DNA from: Hypanus sabinus
Lineage: Eukaryota
Assembly (NCBI RefSeq): GCF_030144855.1
Contig: NC_082731.1
Span: forward strand, 22,444,001-22,508,000
Length of the DNA: 64,000 bases
Direction: 5' to 3'
Part shown: piece by piece, positions 23,550 to 36,507 of the stretch
Layout of the letters: the number at the start of each line of letters is the position of its first letter
How positions within the stretch are numbered: the stretch's first letter is position 1
Notes under the pieces: model-generated
What the model was told of the DNA's origin: nothing
The model's input: only the letters and a program-made list of their open reading frames with translations
Databases searched by the model: none
Translations under genes and position numbers: made by a program

Positions 23550-25670
23550 CTGTGTGATGTCCCCGCCTCGCCCAAAAACAGTCAGTACACCATATGGGAT
23601 CAAATGAGTACAATTTATAAAGATTACTATAACTAAGTGATCAATAACGATAGTATATATGAAGGAAAAGAAAATTAAGAAAAGACGCCAATTTATCAAA
23701 TTCCAAAAGACTTCGTGCACAACCGTTGGAGCTCAATTACTGAAGTCTTCTGGCCACCATTCGATCTCCTCCGAACTCCTCGACTCGCAGCTCAGAAACT
23801 CCCGAAGTGGTCAACCATGCACATCTATCTTCGTCTCCTCTCCTCGGGGTACCTCCTGTCCTTGGACCACCGCTTGGAGTCAGTTCCTGGCCCATTTTAC
23901 AGCATCACGTTCTCTCTCTCTCTCACCCCCTCGCGCCGATCTCCCCAAAAGCACGCCAACAATAGGTTACAGACTCAGAAGAAAGAATAACATTAATCCC
24001 AATTGGTTTACAAAGGAATACAATTCCCGTTATCAGTAAATTTTAACCCAAAGACGCTTCCAGCACTCTCTCGCAACAAAGAAGCATTCCTACTTTTAAC
24101 AAAACAAAGATGTCATTTTGATTAACATACACAGTAACAAAGAAAAATAAGAAATCACCGTTACACTCTCCCCCCACCAAATGAAAGTCATGTCCTCATG
24201 ACTATTAAATACCTCGCCACCTTTCCTGCCAGCACACCCGAACCCAAGCACATACAGTGACATCTACTCCTCACGCAGTAAACCACACGCCCTGTTCCTC
24301 AGCGCTACATAGGCCAAATATCTGGGAGTCCCCTAACCCTTCTGAGACCTCCGTACCCCTTCACCTAAACCCTTCGGGCTCCGACCCATCTGAGGATACC
24401 TCGGGCCCGCTGCCAACTCCTCTCTCAACCTTTCACACAGGCCCCCCACTGCAAACAGCTAACCCTGACAACTACACCTGACTCAGTGGGAGAAGAGCCA
24501 AAGGTCTCTTCCTCAATCGAGAGAAAGTCTTCAAAAAGCAGCATGTACCACATATCGAGCACATCTTCCTTCGAATCCGTATTCTTCCTCATTTCTGCTA
24601 TGTGTAGCTGATGATCTTCTCCAAACGGAAACACGTTGCCTGCACTTCTCCTTTAGTCTTTGCTGCCTCCTGTAATTGAGATATCAGCTTATTCTCCGGG
24701 CCCTGCAACTCTCTCCACAGGCTCAGCAGTTCTGATTCATGCGTCCCGGCCATCTCAATCTGGGACGCAGTTACTCCAACAGCTTCTTCCACCCCGACTT
24801 GAAAAGCAACATTTAAAGATTAGTCAGCCTCCAGTTCAGTATTCACTGCACTTCTATACAGCTTTTTCTTACTCATGACTTCTTCCAGATCAGTTGTCAG
24901 CTTTTGCACTTCATTTGAACTGTCGATGGTCCTCTTCAGGTTCCCTTCAAGCTTCCGCTTCCCTCTTCCGAGATTTGTTCGCAATTTCTTCACCGTCGAA
25001 AACTCCCCTCTACAAGCTCTCAGTTTCCTGTTGGCTTCAGTCAGACAACATTCTTTGTTCTCTCCAACTTGTAAGTCTTCCCACTGGTTCCAGATCACTC
25101 TCTCCAATCTCTCAGTCTTCATTTCAAATTTGACTCTGTAGAGTCAGTCCCACACGAGCTGCGACCTTCGCCATTTCTGGTACGTGTCCAGAAAACACTT
25201 TAACTCTGTAATTCTCAGCCGATCCTGCAACAACCTCACTTCATATTCTTCCGAGGCAAATCCAAATTCCAGGAGGTCATCCACATACACCAGAATTCCA
25301 AACAACTCCACATCCCCTATGGTCTTCCACATGACCCGCGGGAAGATTGGAAAGGCTCCGGATATGCCCTGTGGCTTTTTTTCGGACCGGAAGACTCCTA
25401 GGGAACTTATAACGCTCGTCATTTCCTTTTCGTTCCCAATCCTCGGGATCTGGCAACATCCCCTCCTCAGATCCAGCACCTTAAACCACTTCGCACCACT
25501 TCGATAGGCCATTGCCTCTTCGGCCCTCAGGGCCATATTCTGGTCACTGACAATGCGCCTCTTCAGCGCAATATAATCCACACACACGCTGACTACGACT
25601 TCCACGGCGAGAGGGGCCAGTCGCCGCAACCTCTCTCTCACCGAGGTGTCTTAAACAGTCAACTCCCCCG
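23550..25670 (-). mobile_element. 5'-truncated Gypsy LTR retrotransposon: RT fragment, myosin-rod insert, PPT and 3' LTR
   Basis: [27 protein letters not shown] (25144-25641). PPT GGGGGGAGAG immediately followed by TGTAACGG (LTR start at 24165 on the minus strand). The left LTR end is approximate. Confidence 0.82.
24600..25122 (-). pseudogene. Intronless myosin heavy chain rod (S2/LMM) fragment, MYH16-like, inside the LTR element
   Basis: [104 protein letters not shown]. This resembles the sarcomeric myosin motifs DDLQAEEDK, KRKLEGDLK and LEEAGGATSAQIE..EAELLKLRREL (from recalled sequences). Confidence 0.75.
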
Positions 25671-25672
25671 GC

Positions 25673-27193
25673 AGTCAGCATAGCATTATGAAAGACAGAT
25701 CGTATCTAACAGCCTTATAGAGTCCTTTGACGAGGTGACTATGGATATAGTTGAGGGTTGTGCAATGGGTGTTATCTATATGTACTTTAGTAAGGCATAT
25801 GTAAAGGTTCCACGCGGTAGTCTTATTAAGAATGTCAGAAGGCATGGGATCAAGGGACGTTTGTCCATGTGGATTCAGAATTGGCTTGCCTGCTGAAGGC
25901 AGAGTGTGGTCGTGGACGGATGCAACTGGTGTTGACCCACAAGGATCTGTTCTGGGACCTCTACTTGTCGTATTTCTTATTAACGACCTGGATTTGTGGG
26001 TAGTAGGGTGGATTGGCAAGTTTACAGACCACACAGAGGCTGGTGGTGTTGTGGATACTGTAGAGGATTGCCGAAGATTGCAGAGAGACATTGAAAGGAT
26101 GCAGAAGTGGGCTGAGAAGTGGAAGTTAATGAACCGGGGAAGTGTGAGATGGAACACTTTGGAAAGACAAATTCCAAGGCAGTTTACAAAGTAAATGTCA
26201 GGATGCTTGGCAGTGTGAAGGAGCAAAGGGGTTTGTGGGTACATGTCCACAGATCCCTGAAAGTTGCCTCATGGTAGATAGGGTAGATAACAAAGCTTGT
26301 GGGGTATTAGCTTTCATAAGTCGATGGATAGAGTTTAAGGGTCACGATGTAATAATGCAGCTCTATAAACTGCGGTTAGGGTACATTTCGAGTACTGAAC
26401 GCAGTTTTGGTAGCCACACTACAGGAAGGATGTGGAAGCATTGGAAAGGGTACAGAGGAGATTTACCAGTATGATGTCTGGTTTCGAGAGTATGGACCAT
26501 GATAAGAGATTAAGGGAGATAGGGTTTTACTCGTTAAAAAGAAGGAGGATTAGAGGAGACCCGATAGAGGTGTACAAGATATTAAGAGGAATAGATGGAG
26601 TAGATAGACAGCGCCTCTTCCCTTAAGCACCAGTGCTCAGCACAAAAGGTCATGACTTTAAGGTAAGGGGAGGGAAGTTCAAGTGGAACATTAGAGGAAG
26701 GATTATTTTTTACTCAGAGAGTGGTTGCTGTTTGTAATGCACTGCCTGAGTCCGTGGTGGAGGCAAATACAATAGTGAAGTTTAAGAGACTACTGGACAG
26801 GTAGCCATATAACCATATAACCATAAACAATCACAGCACGGAAACAGGCCTTCTCTGCCCTCCTAGTCCGTGCCGAACTCTTAGTCTCACCTAGAACCAC
26901 CTACCCGCACGCAGCCCATAACCCTCTACTCCTTTCCTGCCCATATACCTATCCAATTTTACCTTAAATGACACAACTGAACTGGCCTCTACTACTTCTA
27001 CCGGAAGCTCATTCCGCACAGCTATCACTCTCTGAGTAAAGAAATACCCCCTCGTGTTTCCCTTAAACTTCTGCCCCCTAACTCTATGCAGAACAATATG
27101 TTGGAGTTTTATATGGTAGGCAGGGTTTGAGGGTCGGCACATCATCGAGGGCCGAAGGACCTGAAATGCGCTGAACTATTCTATGTTTTATGT
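25673..27193 (+). mobile_element. 5'-truncated CR1 LINE (RT C-terminal half plus 3' UTR), interrupted by a second CR1
   Basis: PQGSVLGPLL..FLINDLDL..GKFTDHT, EALERVQRRFTSM, LKRRRIRGDPIEVYKI. The tail ...GGCCGAAGGACCTG...TTCTATGTTTTATGT ends at about 27193. Confidence 0.92.
26806..27085 (-). mobile_element. CR1 3'-end fragment inserted antisense into the preceding CR1
   Basis: (CCATATAA)n tail at the left end. Antisense reads RGQKFKGNTRGYFFTQRV..NELPVEVVEA. Confidence 0.88.
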
Positions 27194-27229
27194 AAAGATC
27201 AATTCAAAACCCTGGACCGGAATACAGAG

Positions 27230-27830
27230 GAACTTAGTGAACATGGCTGTGCATTATAGCGGTGAAGAACTTGAAGTGTCAGATCCCTGAAGGATTTCAC
27301 CTATCATTGTGCCCGCACTACTGTTTCATCAACTCCGTCCTTCTGTGAATGCAGGCTGTCAGCACGTGTAAGGAACTGATTCTGATGTGAAGAGATAAGG
27401 CCCCTCTAAGTGTTACAGACGGCAATTTTCCAAGTTCTCCATTCCGAATAAGGAAGTCGCTTCGGATGATTGATCATGTAACAATCTTGGAACCATTACT
27501 TTTCCTTCAATACATCCTGATTTAGCTAAAATGAGAGGGGAAATGGACAGGGACACTGGTGTACCAGCAGATTTTTGGTTTGAGGAGGGAGAAAAATGTT
27601 CATTTTGTTGTCTGTCGTAATAGTACTCTCGCTCTCGACATTTCTGCCGAACAATGTTCAATGCAAACAATTCTAATAAATCTGTCAGCTTCTCCAAAGT
27701 TCCAGATAAGAAAGGAGAAAAATAAAACAAATACAACGATAACTCCGGCAAAACAGTTTTGGAGTTGGTATCAGTTGCTTCAGTGGAATGCCGCTGAAAA
27801 GAAAATCATTCGGTATATTCAGCAAATGTG
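27230..27830 (+). repeat. Third copy of a cassette sub-block (homologous to 8900-9500 and 44200-44650)
   Basis: For example GATTTCACCTATCA...GTTTCATCAAC...TGCAGGC...CAGCACGTGTA is shared with 8960-9045, and AGCTAAAATGAGAGGGAAA is shared with 9198-9216. Confidence 0.75.
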
Positions 27831-28029
27831 ATTGATTTCATTTCATGAAAAGAACAGCCTTCGAATTCTGATGCACGGGGTGGATCGAGCATGCTTTGGG
27901 CTTGCGTTGCAGCCAATGACACGCGAATCATTTCAATGGTAGAGCGAAAAATGAATTCAATTAAATACCAGAAATTCTAAAAGCAAACATCATACCGTCT
28001 GTAAAAAAAGTTCAAGATGAAGGCTTCTA

Positions 28030-28545
28030 CAACAGAATAATGATCCTTAATACACTTCAAAATCCGTTATGGACTACCTCAAGAGGCGCAAGCTGGTTTT
28101 GCAATGGCCCTCACCCTCCCGCGATCTAAACATCTTCGAAGATCTGTGGAAAGACGTCAAAAATGGAGGACAGCGCACTTGTCACAGAACTAGATGACTT
28201 TTATGAAGAAAGATAGATAAGAATCCCCAAAACAAGAATTGAAAGTCCCCTAGCTGGCTACAGAAAGCGTTTAAAACCTGTGACACTTGCCAAAGGGTGT
28301 GTACTAAGTACTGACCATGCAGGCAACACAAACTGTTGTTTCTGGCCCTTTCGTTCTTTATTCTATTATATTGAATGTGTAAAAGATGGACATTTTTTTA
28401 AAAAAAAGATAAACTTGCTTAAAATATTAAAGAACTGGGTCTTCTTTATCTTTATACCTTTTGGAAATCATGTCATGTTTCAGTCGGCGAGGTATTAACA
28501 GTACCAGGAATTTTGACAAGGGTTGCCCAACCTTTTCCATGCTTC
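28030..28545 (+). mobile_element. Degenerate Tc1-like transposase 3' fragment
   Basis: QQNNDP..SKSVMDYLKRRKL, QWPSPSRDLNIFEDLW and RIPKTRIESPLAGYRKRLKPVTLAKG match the Tc1 C-terminal motifs QDNDPKH, WPSQSPDLNPIE and RL.AVI.AKG. Confidence 0.8.
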
Positions 28546-28997
28546 TCTATGTTATTACCCGGTTGTTGCAGGCACATGTTAAAAAAGGCTATGGTCAGCA
28601 TAGCTTGTCTGAGACATTTGTTCGAATTCTGTTGGATCGACTGTAACTTTCGTCCAGAATTGAGAAAATGAGCAGGTGAAATGTGTAGGGTGAAGTACAG
28701 AGAGATGATAATGCGGCGGGAATGACGGTGCCGGGAGGATAATAAGACGGCAGTTACCTCTGAGTTGTCAACTTTCTTGATTTCACAGGTCTGCCATATA
28801 TTTTGTGAAACTCTTCTCTCTGCAATCACAATATGCTGCCTAGCCTTGTGATCAATATAATCATAGCTCATACTTGCTGCATTCTGAGAATTGCAGAGTA
28901 AAATTTCGCCGTCTCGCGAAAACTGGGGCAGAGACTTACAAATTTTCAGCAACCTGCCCGAGTAATATTTTCCTCGAGGGTATAGAGATAAAGTAAC

Positions 28998-28999
<2 letters not shown>

Positions 29000-29069
<70 letters not shown>
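29000..29069 (+). repeat. Compound microsatellite (AT)n-(GT)n
   Basis: Direct reading. Confidence 0.97.
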
Positions 29070-29070
<1 letters not shown>

Positions 29071-32000
29071 GTTAGATAGATATATGGATATAGATATTAC
29101 CCGTCCTTTAATATGATTTTGACGGAGAGTAACCTGTTAATCACGTAATGATATGCAGCTCAGCTGGAGAACTGGAGAAACAGTTTGTTGTATTGAAATA
29201 CATTGAGTTACAAAGTTATGAGGAAAATGTTTGTGTGTGCGTGTGCGTGTGTGCGTGTGTGTGTTTGAGTCAGAGAGGGACTGAGAGAGATCGAAAGGGA
29301 GAGAGACGACCATAGGTAGGGAGGGAGAAACTGCTGTAGAGTAGAAGCGTCTGTAATTTATATGGTACAGGTAAAGCGTAATTTGCAGTTGATTTGTGGA
29401 AACATTTTGAAAATTGGCAATTGTATGGAAGGCAGAGCTGCTTTTTGCAACGTGCTCTTTCCATTGCTTTGCCTTTCAGCTCTCGACCAGCGGACCTATC
29501 GCTTCACTACACAAACAGTAGAAGTACGTTATCCTAAAACTTCGAGATGAATTGTTGACGAGATAATAAATCAATCCTTTATTTATAGACAGTATGTAAA
29601 GATTCAATATCTAGATATTTTGAGGTGCATTGTTGCTCTTAAATGATCTTCAGACACTTGACCTTCTTTTCGATCAACATTCTGATAAGAATTATTAAAG
29701 CCATCGATTAAGTGATGTACTTGTAGATAAGCATTGCTGGTATCGGCGTTATAATAACGGCCAGCCCGACCAGTTAGACGGATACAATGAATGTGAGCAG
29801 AAATTGTATTCTGAGAGGCTGGCGTCTGTAACGAACGGTTCTATGAAGTTGGGCACTACTGTAATGAAGAGTGCTTATTCGATATGCGGTTTCCGAGCTT
29901 CCTGATGACGTACCACCATGCGGTACTTCTGCTGCTATTGAGGATATGATGTACGGTATATTTTTTGTGCAAGATATCTGATGCGAACTGTCTCGTACGG
30001 TAGAGTATTGGGTAGTGCCTGTTGGTTTTATATTTAATTTCCACCGCGGGCAGGAATCTCGCGAAATTGAAAGCTGAATTTGTAAGTTCCTCCCTGCCAG
30101 TTCATCTTGTATCCACAGCAGCAGCATCATTTAAAGCCGTTGGGTCCACAAGGTCACTGCACTCCGTTCTCACTCACGCTAAATTACAGAGAAACGGGAG
30201 AATGTATGGCCCTTACATGCTTAACACCCAGGCCCACCGGCGCGTGGACACACCGTGTTGCTCATGAATCAGATCCGGATCATTTGCTAAATTGTCCCAA
30301 TGCTTTGTGTGCAGCCTCAGCAGAGAGTAAGGCTACGGGAGTAAAGAACGACAGGAAAACACCACGGCCAAAGGCGGCTGGACGTTATTAAACATCCTTC
30401 CAGCTAAAGTGTAGCTCATTTAGTGCAAAATAAATTGCTCTACTTCCTTTGGAGTAAACCGTTGAGGCCAAGAGTGGGATTCTGATGAACGGACTTCTGA
30501 AGTTTTCCATACTTCTTGATCATGATGATCCTGGATGAGGTCACTGAATATGTTAATCGGCGTTGTAAACGGATTAACACAAAGGCAGAATTTCTTTCAA
30601 GGAACTTTTCCGAGTATCTTGCAGCCAGCCGGTACCAAGTGCTGATATGGTTTACAATGAATAAACTGCTCGCATTGAAAAGTGCAACTTGTATTGCTAT
30701 TGTTCAAAAAATGCGTAGCTACATTTATGAAGAGTTGTTGTACATATGCGTCTCGAGCGATTGCATCCAACAGTGCTTCGATAAAATTAAGAGGGTGACG
30801 AGTTCCACAATTTCGGAAGCAGCGGTTTTCGTCGCGTTGTGTATTACGAGTTGTGAAATGGTAGTTTACTCGCCTGTCAACAGTGGCTACCGCCAAGGAG
30901 GTCCTGAATTGGGCCGCTCGAAAGAAGCACGGAATTTATATTAATGTTTTCCACACGTGCGGCGACACAAATGCCCCATTATAGACACAGTTGCCATATA
31001 TTAATAGCAGTTACGAGAGATTCGCACGTTTCCCCTTTGTTTAAAAGTCCAATTTTTTACACATGGAAGTTGCGATCAGTGCCGAAGAACCTTTGGGAAA
31101 ATATGCTGCAAATAGTGCATGCAAACAGAAGATTGGCACATGAGCATTCTCAGCTAAGTTTCTGTTGAATGTTTCGCTTTGATATTGTAAATCGACGATA
31201 CTGAGTGATATACCTGCTGAGTTTCAACTCTTAAAAATGATTAGTGTCGTAGCGCTTCGCATCATAGGATGGCGTCAAAGCAGAGCACAACGTTGTAAAA
31301 TAAGGCTGAACGTAACACAGAAAATATTAAATTGATACATCCACAGTCCTTCTCATGCGGTCAGACTGTATTATGTACTTTTGCATTTACCCACGATTTC
31401 AAAATCTCTCTCTCTCTCTCTCACACTTTCTCTCGCTGGCTCTCTCTCTCTCACCCCTCTTTCTCTTTCCTTCTCTCTCTAGATGTTCTCTCAATCTATG
31501 TATCGATCTCTCGTGGTCTTATTTTCTTTCTATCATGTTTTCATTTCGATTTAACAACCGTAATACATTCGGCAATGGAGTCTCCAGCACAGCTAAGCTA
31601 TTAGACTTGTACTTTCAATTTCCGTCATGGTCTTACAGTATTATGTTTATCTTCTCTCATGGAATGACAAGAAAAATACACGCTAACTCGATATCATACT
31701 GGCAAAATATGAATCTAATCTGCTGCGGACCTTTCCAAAATTCTGAATTATACTTCAGATCTCCAGGATGGTTGTAACTGCAAAATCGATTGAGCACGAA
31801 ACTGTGAACCATTGGATCTGGAAATAATCATGGGTTCCTGATCGCTCTATAAATATATTGGATCTATGCCGCTCATTAGAATTTTATTTTCCTTACTTTC
31901 AGGAAATTATTTTTATCTTGATTGTTTGCAGTTTGATTTCTATCGCATTCATGTCATTCACCTTGCGACGCTTGAGATTGGGACAAACTGGTTAGCGCCA

Positions 32001-32899
32001 TCGACAGATTTGATAACAGAGCTGAAGCAGGAATTTATCACAAAGTCCAACCAGTGAAATAGAAAAGGTCTGAGAACGCATGGTTGTGGGCGATCGAAGG
32101 TGAGTAAGATCAGGACGTGTTCTCAACTACCGTTTTTATTATGATTGTGGTCAGTGGATGTTTTGCTGGAAATGAAGCTGACAGAGTTTAAAGATTATTG
32201 ATCGGTGCTCAAGACGATTGTGTTCAGAATTGAGACAGTTGAAGGACAAGCTATAGTGAAAAATCTATTGCCGGAAACATTGCAATCCATATTTTCCAGA
32301 GGTGAGATTCCATCTGCCATCGACCAATTTCAGCTGTCGAGAGATGTGATGGATAGAGGTTGTTTTGAGTACGACTCTGAATTTGTGCTGTGACCTTTAC
32401 CTTCTCCAACCATGTCACGATGATGGATGTTATAGGAATTCCAGATCGTTTTTCCCGATTCCGTAGATTTCACAGACGTAGGGTAAATTCTTAAATTAGA
32501 GTACCACCTTAATAACGATTCCTCATACCCACTTATCTCAAGCGTTATTCAGTGCAATTGCTGACCAGAAGCCCGGTACACTTTATATATTTTTTTTTCT
32601 TAATCAGTTATATTGAAAAATAACCGGAGTGTAAGATAGGACAAGGAAACCAAGCCAAGGCAAATCTTGTATTCATTGAAAAAAAAAAAACAACAACACG
32701 ATTCTCTGGTTTGAGAAAACCAACAGGGAGCATATTCAGTGCTGATATATTCAGCTACGACTGTAACTCTCTCCATTTAAGATATAGGTTCAGAAATGTA
32801 TCCACGTGTTTAACCTACTCTGGTTGGTCTTAACCAAGAAATCATCCACGGACCTGTCTGCTGTAGTTTTATTTGACATTTTCACTCATTATTCCACTG

Positions 32900-33330
32900 A
32901 TCCAGATCCGTCTGCAAGCATTGTTCCAAAGATTCAATGTGCACTACACTCTAAATCTTAGTGTCCTCCGCAATTTTGCTGATCCTGTCCACCTCATTAT
33001 CATCCAGATCATTGATCTGGATGACAAAAATAAAAGGACCCAGCATCGATCCATGCGGCAGACGACTAGTTATAGTCCTCTAGTCAGAGGGTAAACCTCT
33101 TAAAACAACTGTCTGGATTTTTCCACAAAGTCAATATCAAATCATATTTAATACCTGCTCCTGAATGTCGGGTGTCTAGCTCTTCTTGACAGGCCTCAAA
33201 AACTGCTCAAATTTCTTACTGATCTCCATGCAAGTAAACGTCCACTGCCTCTACTTCAGATACTTTACTGGTCTTCCTGAACGTTGATGATTCCATTGTG
33301 CTTCTAATAATCATCTACCTTTAAGGCAAC
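32900..33330 (-). mobile_element. Degenerate CR1 LINE RT fragment (copy B counterpart)
   Basis: Aligns with 1700-2010 (ATTATCATCCAGATCA.TGAT.TGGATGACAAAAA). Confidence 0.6.
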
Positions 33331-36300
33331 ACTACCTGTCACATGATACTTTTGTTTCACCCTTTTGACAATCGATTCGCCTGATGCCCCTTTCCACCAT
33401 ACTATTCAGTTATATTGCAAAATGTTCTGCTTCATCCCGTAAAGTGCAATCTGTAGTAGCTTTATCTATGTTTGCCTCAGTTGAAACAGCAATGAATCAT
33501 TTTGTCAATGTAATCAGATATATATATATATGCACCCTACTGGGATGAGTGCCAGGGATCTAACATAACCTCTCTCCAAAATAGTTCAGGACATGATAGC
33601 TGCTCTTATATGTCCCAGGGCAACTTTTTTCATTTCTTTTGTGAAGTCTCTATATTTCTGCTGTTAGTCGCTGATGTCGGTAACATCAAAGTATTGTTCT
33701 TTCCTCCTTCCAATCTCACACAATCTGTGGCTGCTATTCCTGCCCATTCAGAACACCTTGCTCCGATAATATTGATTTGGATTTTATTTTGAAGAATCGT
33801 CATGAACACTTTGAAATATATTGCAGAGTATTTCAGATATTGTGATGCAGTGAATGAAAATATTGTGCGTTAAATATTTTGATAGACGAAAGATTATCAT
33901 TGTGACTTTCTGGGTGGAGCGTGGTCCACAACATGCTCCTGCATTTCTAATAACCAGGACTGTATATTAGTCTTGAGTTAAGATCCTTTGGTTGGATTAT
34001 GTCGGTAACAGTTCTTTTAATGTTACACTTCATCTCGGGTTATACTGTTATTTGCGTGTGTATTTGTGAGACACTCTAAATGTAACCGGGCTGTGTGCTG
34101 CTCACCTCCCCCGTCGGTGCGAGACATACTGGGGATCGCTCTCCGGGTGTTGGTGTCTGGTCTTTTTGTGTTTATTACAACAGAACTGTTGTTGAGTTAT
34201 GCTCTTCCCTGTTTGTCGTTATGGATCAAATCCACGCCACAATATCATATTTTGAATATGCAACCAATTTGATGATCAGTTTGTTAAAAAAAATATGACC
34301 TTGGCTTTCAGCAGAAACAATTCTTATAATTAATACTTGTAATTGTTTATCTTGTAATAATTAGATAATAGGATATGACACAAATTAGTTGGTAATACAA
34401 TTTTGCACTGGAACAGAATTTTCTCTTTTTGGCAGTTGTCATGGGTACAGTTGATCACAAGGGAACTCCGTGTGGACATAGCTTATCTATTTGGAGGTCG
34501 AAACCATTGTCGGAGCATCCACCGCTCACGATATCGTGAGTGAAGCAGTCTGCACCTCCATGTTCTTTTCTATTTTAACTACGAATAAATTTCAACGATT
34601 TTCCTTAGCAAATTAATGTCCCAAGCAGCTGGGCGACGAGATGATATCCCCATTGATACAGGATCCATACGAACCCCGGATAAAATGATTTTCTATGACA
34701 ATATGTGTTTTGAAATGAATTTTGAAACACAGTATGCGGTGTTTCAAAAATTGTAAGAATTGGCTAAATTATAAAATAATCTAAACTTAAATTTGAGATC
34801 AAAAATGCAAAATATCAAAATCGTACGAGATCCTTCTCACCTTCTCACTCTATACCCCATTGAGAGATTATGTCCCACAGTTCTATGTAACGGGCTTCTC
34901 AAAGTTGCTGTTATGAAAATAGCAATGTTTTGCATGGCCACCGGGCAACATAACGCGCGGCAGCTGCGACGACAAATGAAATTGTCTCAGCTCTGTTCCG
35001 CGAATAATTTCTCTCAATGAACATGGAACAACAGCAGTCAGATCCTATGGACATTACACAGGGTGGAGTGATGCACACCAGGTCTCAGAACAAGAGAATA
35101 CAGTTTATTGGGCAGTAATGGGACATAGTGATTATGGATTGTAAGATGCATGATGGTACAATGATTCCTGGTAACCCGAGGAGCAAATGGGGAATGGGTA
35201 TGGAATGCTGATGATGATGAACGGAACCTCAGATTGCAAACACACATGTTTAGAACAGACCAATGAAATAATCGTAGTAGGCCCAAACCGTAAAAGTGAT
35301 TTTGCAGAGGTCACGATATGAAAACGAAAACGGGTGAGCCCGTCACGGACTAGATTTTCCGTTTTAAAATGCGGACAAAATAATGCAGAAATGTAACAGG
35401 AACAGATAGTGGTTCATGGTACAATATTTATTTATTTGTCAATGTCCCGAAGAAACACACTTATATAAATTAATGTTGAAAATAAGGAAAAGCAATAGAA
35501 CATGCCGGTCTGTGTGATAATATTTGCTTTCAGTGATATTTTTATTTCGAACTGAAGGGTCAGACGCCGACATACAGCTTTTCTTTTCTCAGATAAATTA
35601 CTACTTGGAGGTACACTACACCTCATCGCATGTATCCCTGAAAATAGTGACCACTCTAAACTTAAATATTTTAGTCAGGTAGTGAAACGGTTAAAACAGA
35701 AAATTCGGGGCACCGTTCTTAATAGCGATCTATATCCCTGCGCAGGAGGATAGACTTTTAGCATTTACTTTACTGTATAATTTCATTCCTGGTCGAGATT
35801 TTCTCATGGCTATACTGACCGTCCAGCGGCACATGCAGCTACCGTGCAGTTTACAGTTGCTAGTCGCACGTGTCATTTTATAATATCTGTCCACGTTCTT
35901 GACGCACCCAGTCATTCACTCATCCATCCTGAAGCCGATACCAGATTGATAATGATAAACCGTGTGCAGAATCTCGATCTTAGGCACAATATATCCCATT
36001 CGAAATGCAGGCAGTCCGGAATACAGGTAGTTTGTGCAAAACGTGCGAGATGTCAGCTAGGTAGCACAGCACATTTCTCCGGTTTCACCGAACATAAAAG
36101 CCAGTTTGGCCGTTCTGCTCTCTGAACCTCGAGGGTGCACGGTCTGTTATCTCAACTCCACCTTGTTCAAACTCGCTCCGCACAAGAACAGTCAATACCT
36201 GTGAATCATTAAGTAGTATGAGCAAGAATATATCTGGCCGACATTGTCGCAGGGCAGTACTCACCGCCCAGCGATATATGCAGCTGCCATAATCTTCTCT

Positions 36301-36507
36301 GCTGGAAGTCACGATTATTAAATCATACTACGCATCTACGTTTAAGACACACTCAGACCTTTTATCATTCATTCATTCTGAGGAGGATCAAACTACCTGC
36401 GTTTCGCCCCTGTTACTGTCGTCAGTTAACTAATGATCTAATTGTAGCTTGTGACAAGGAGAAGACATCTTCAGGTTGTGCCCAGCTTTCATAAAAAGTT
36501 TCTGCGC

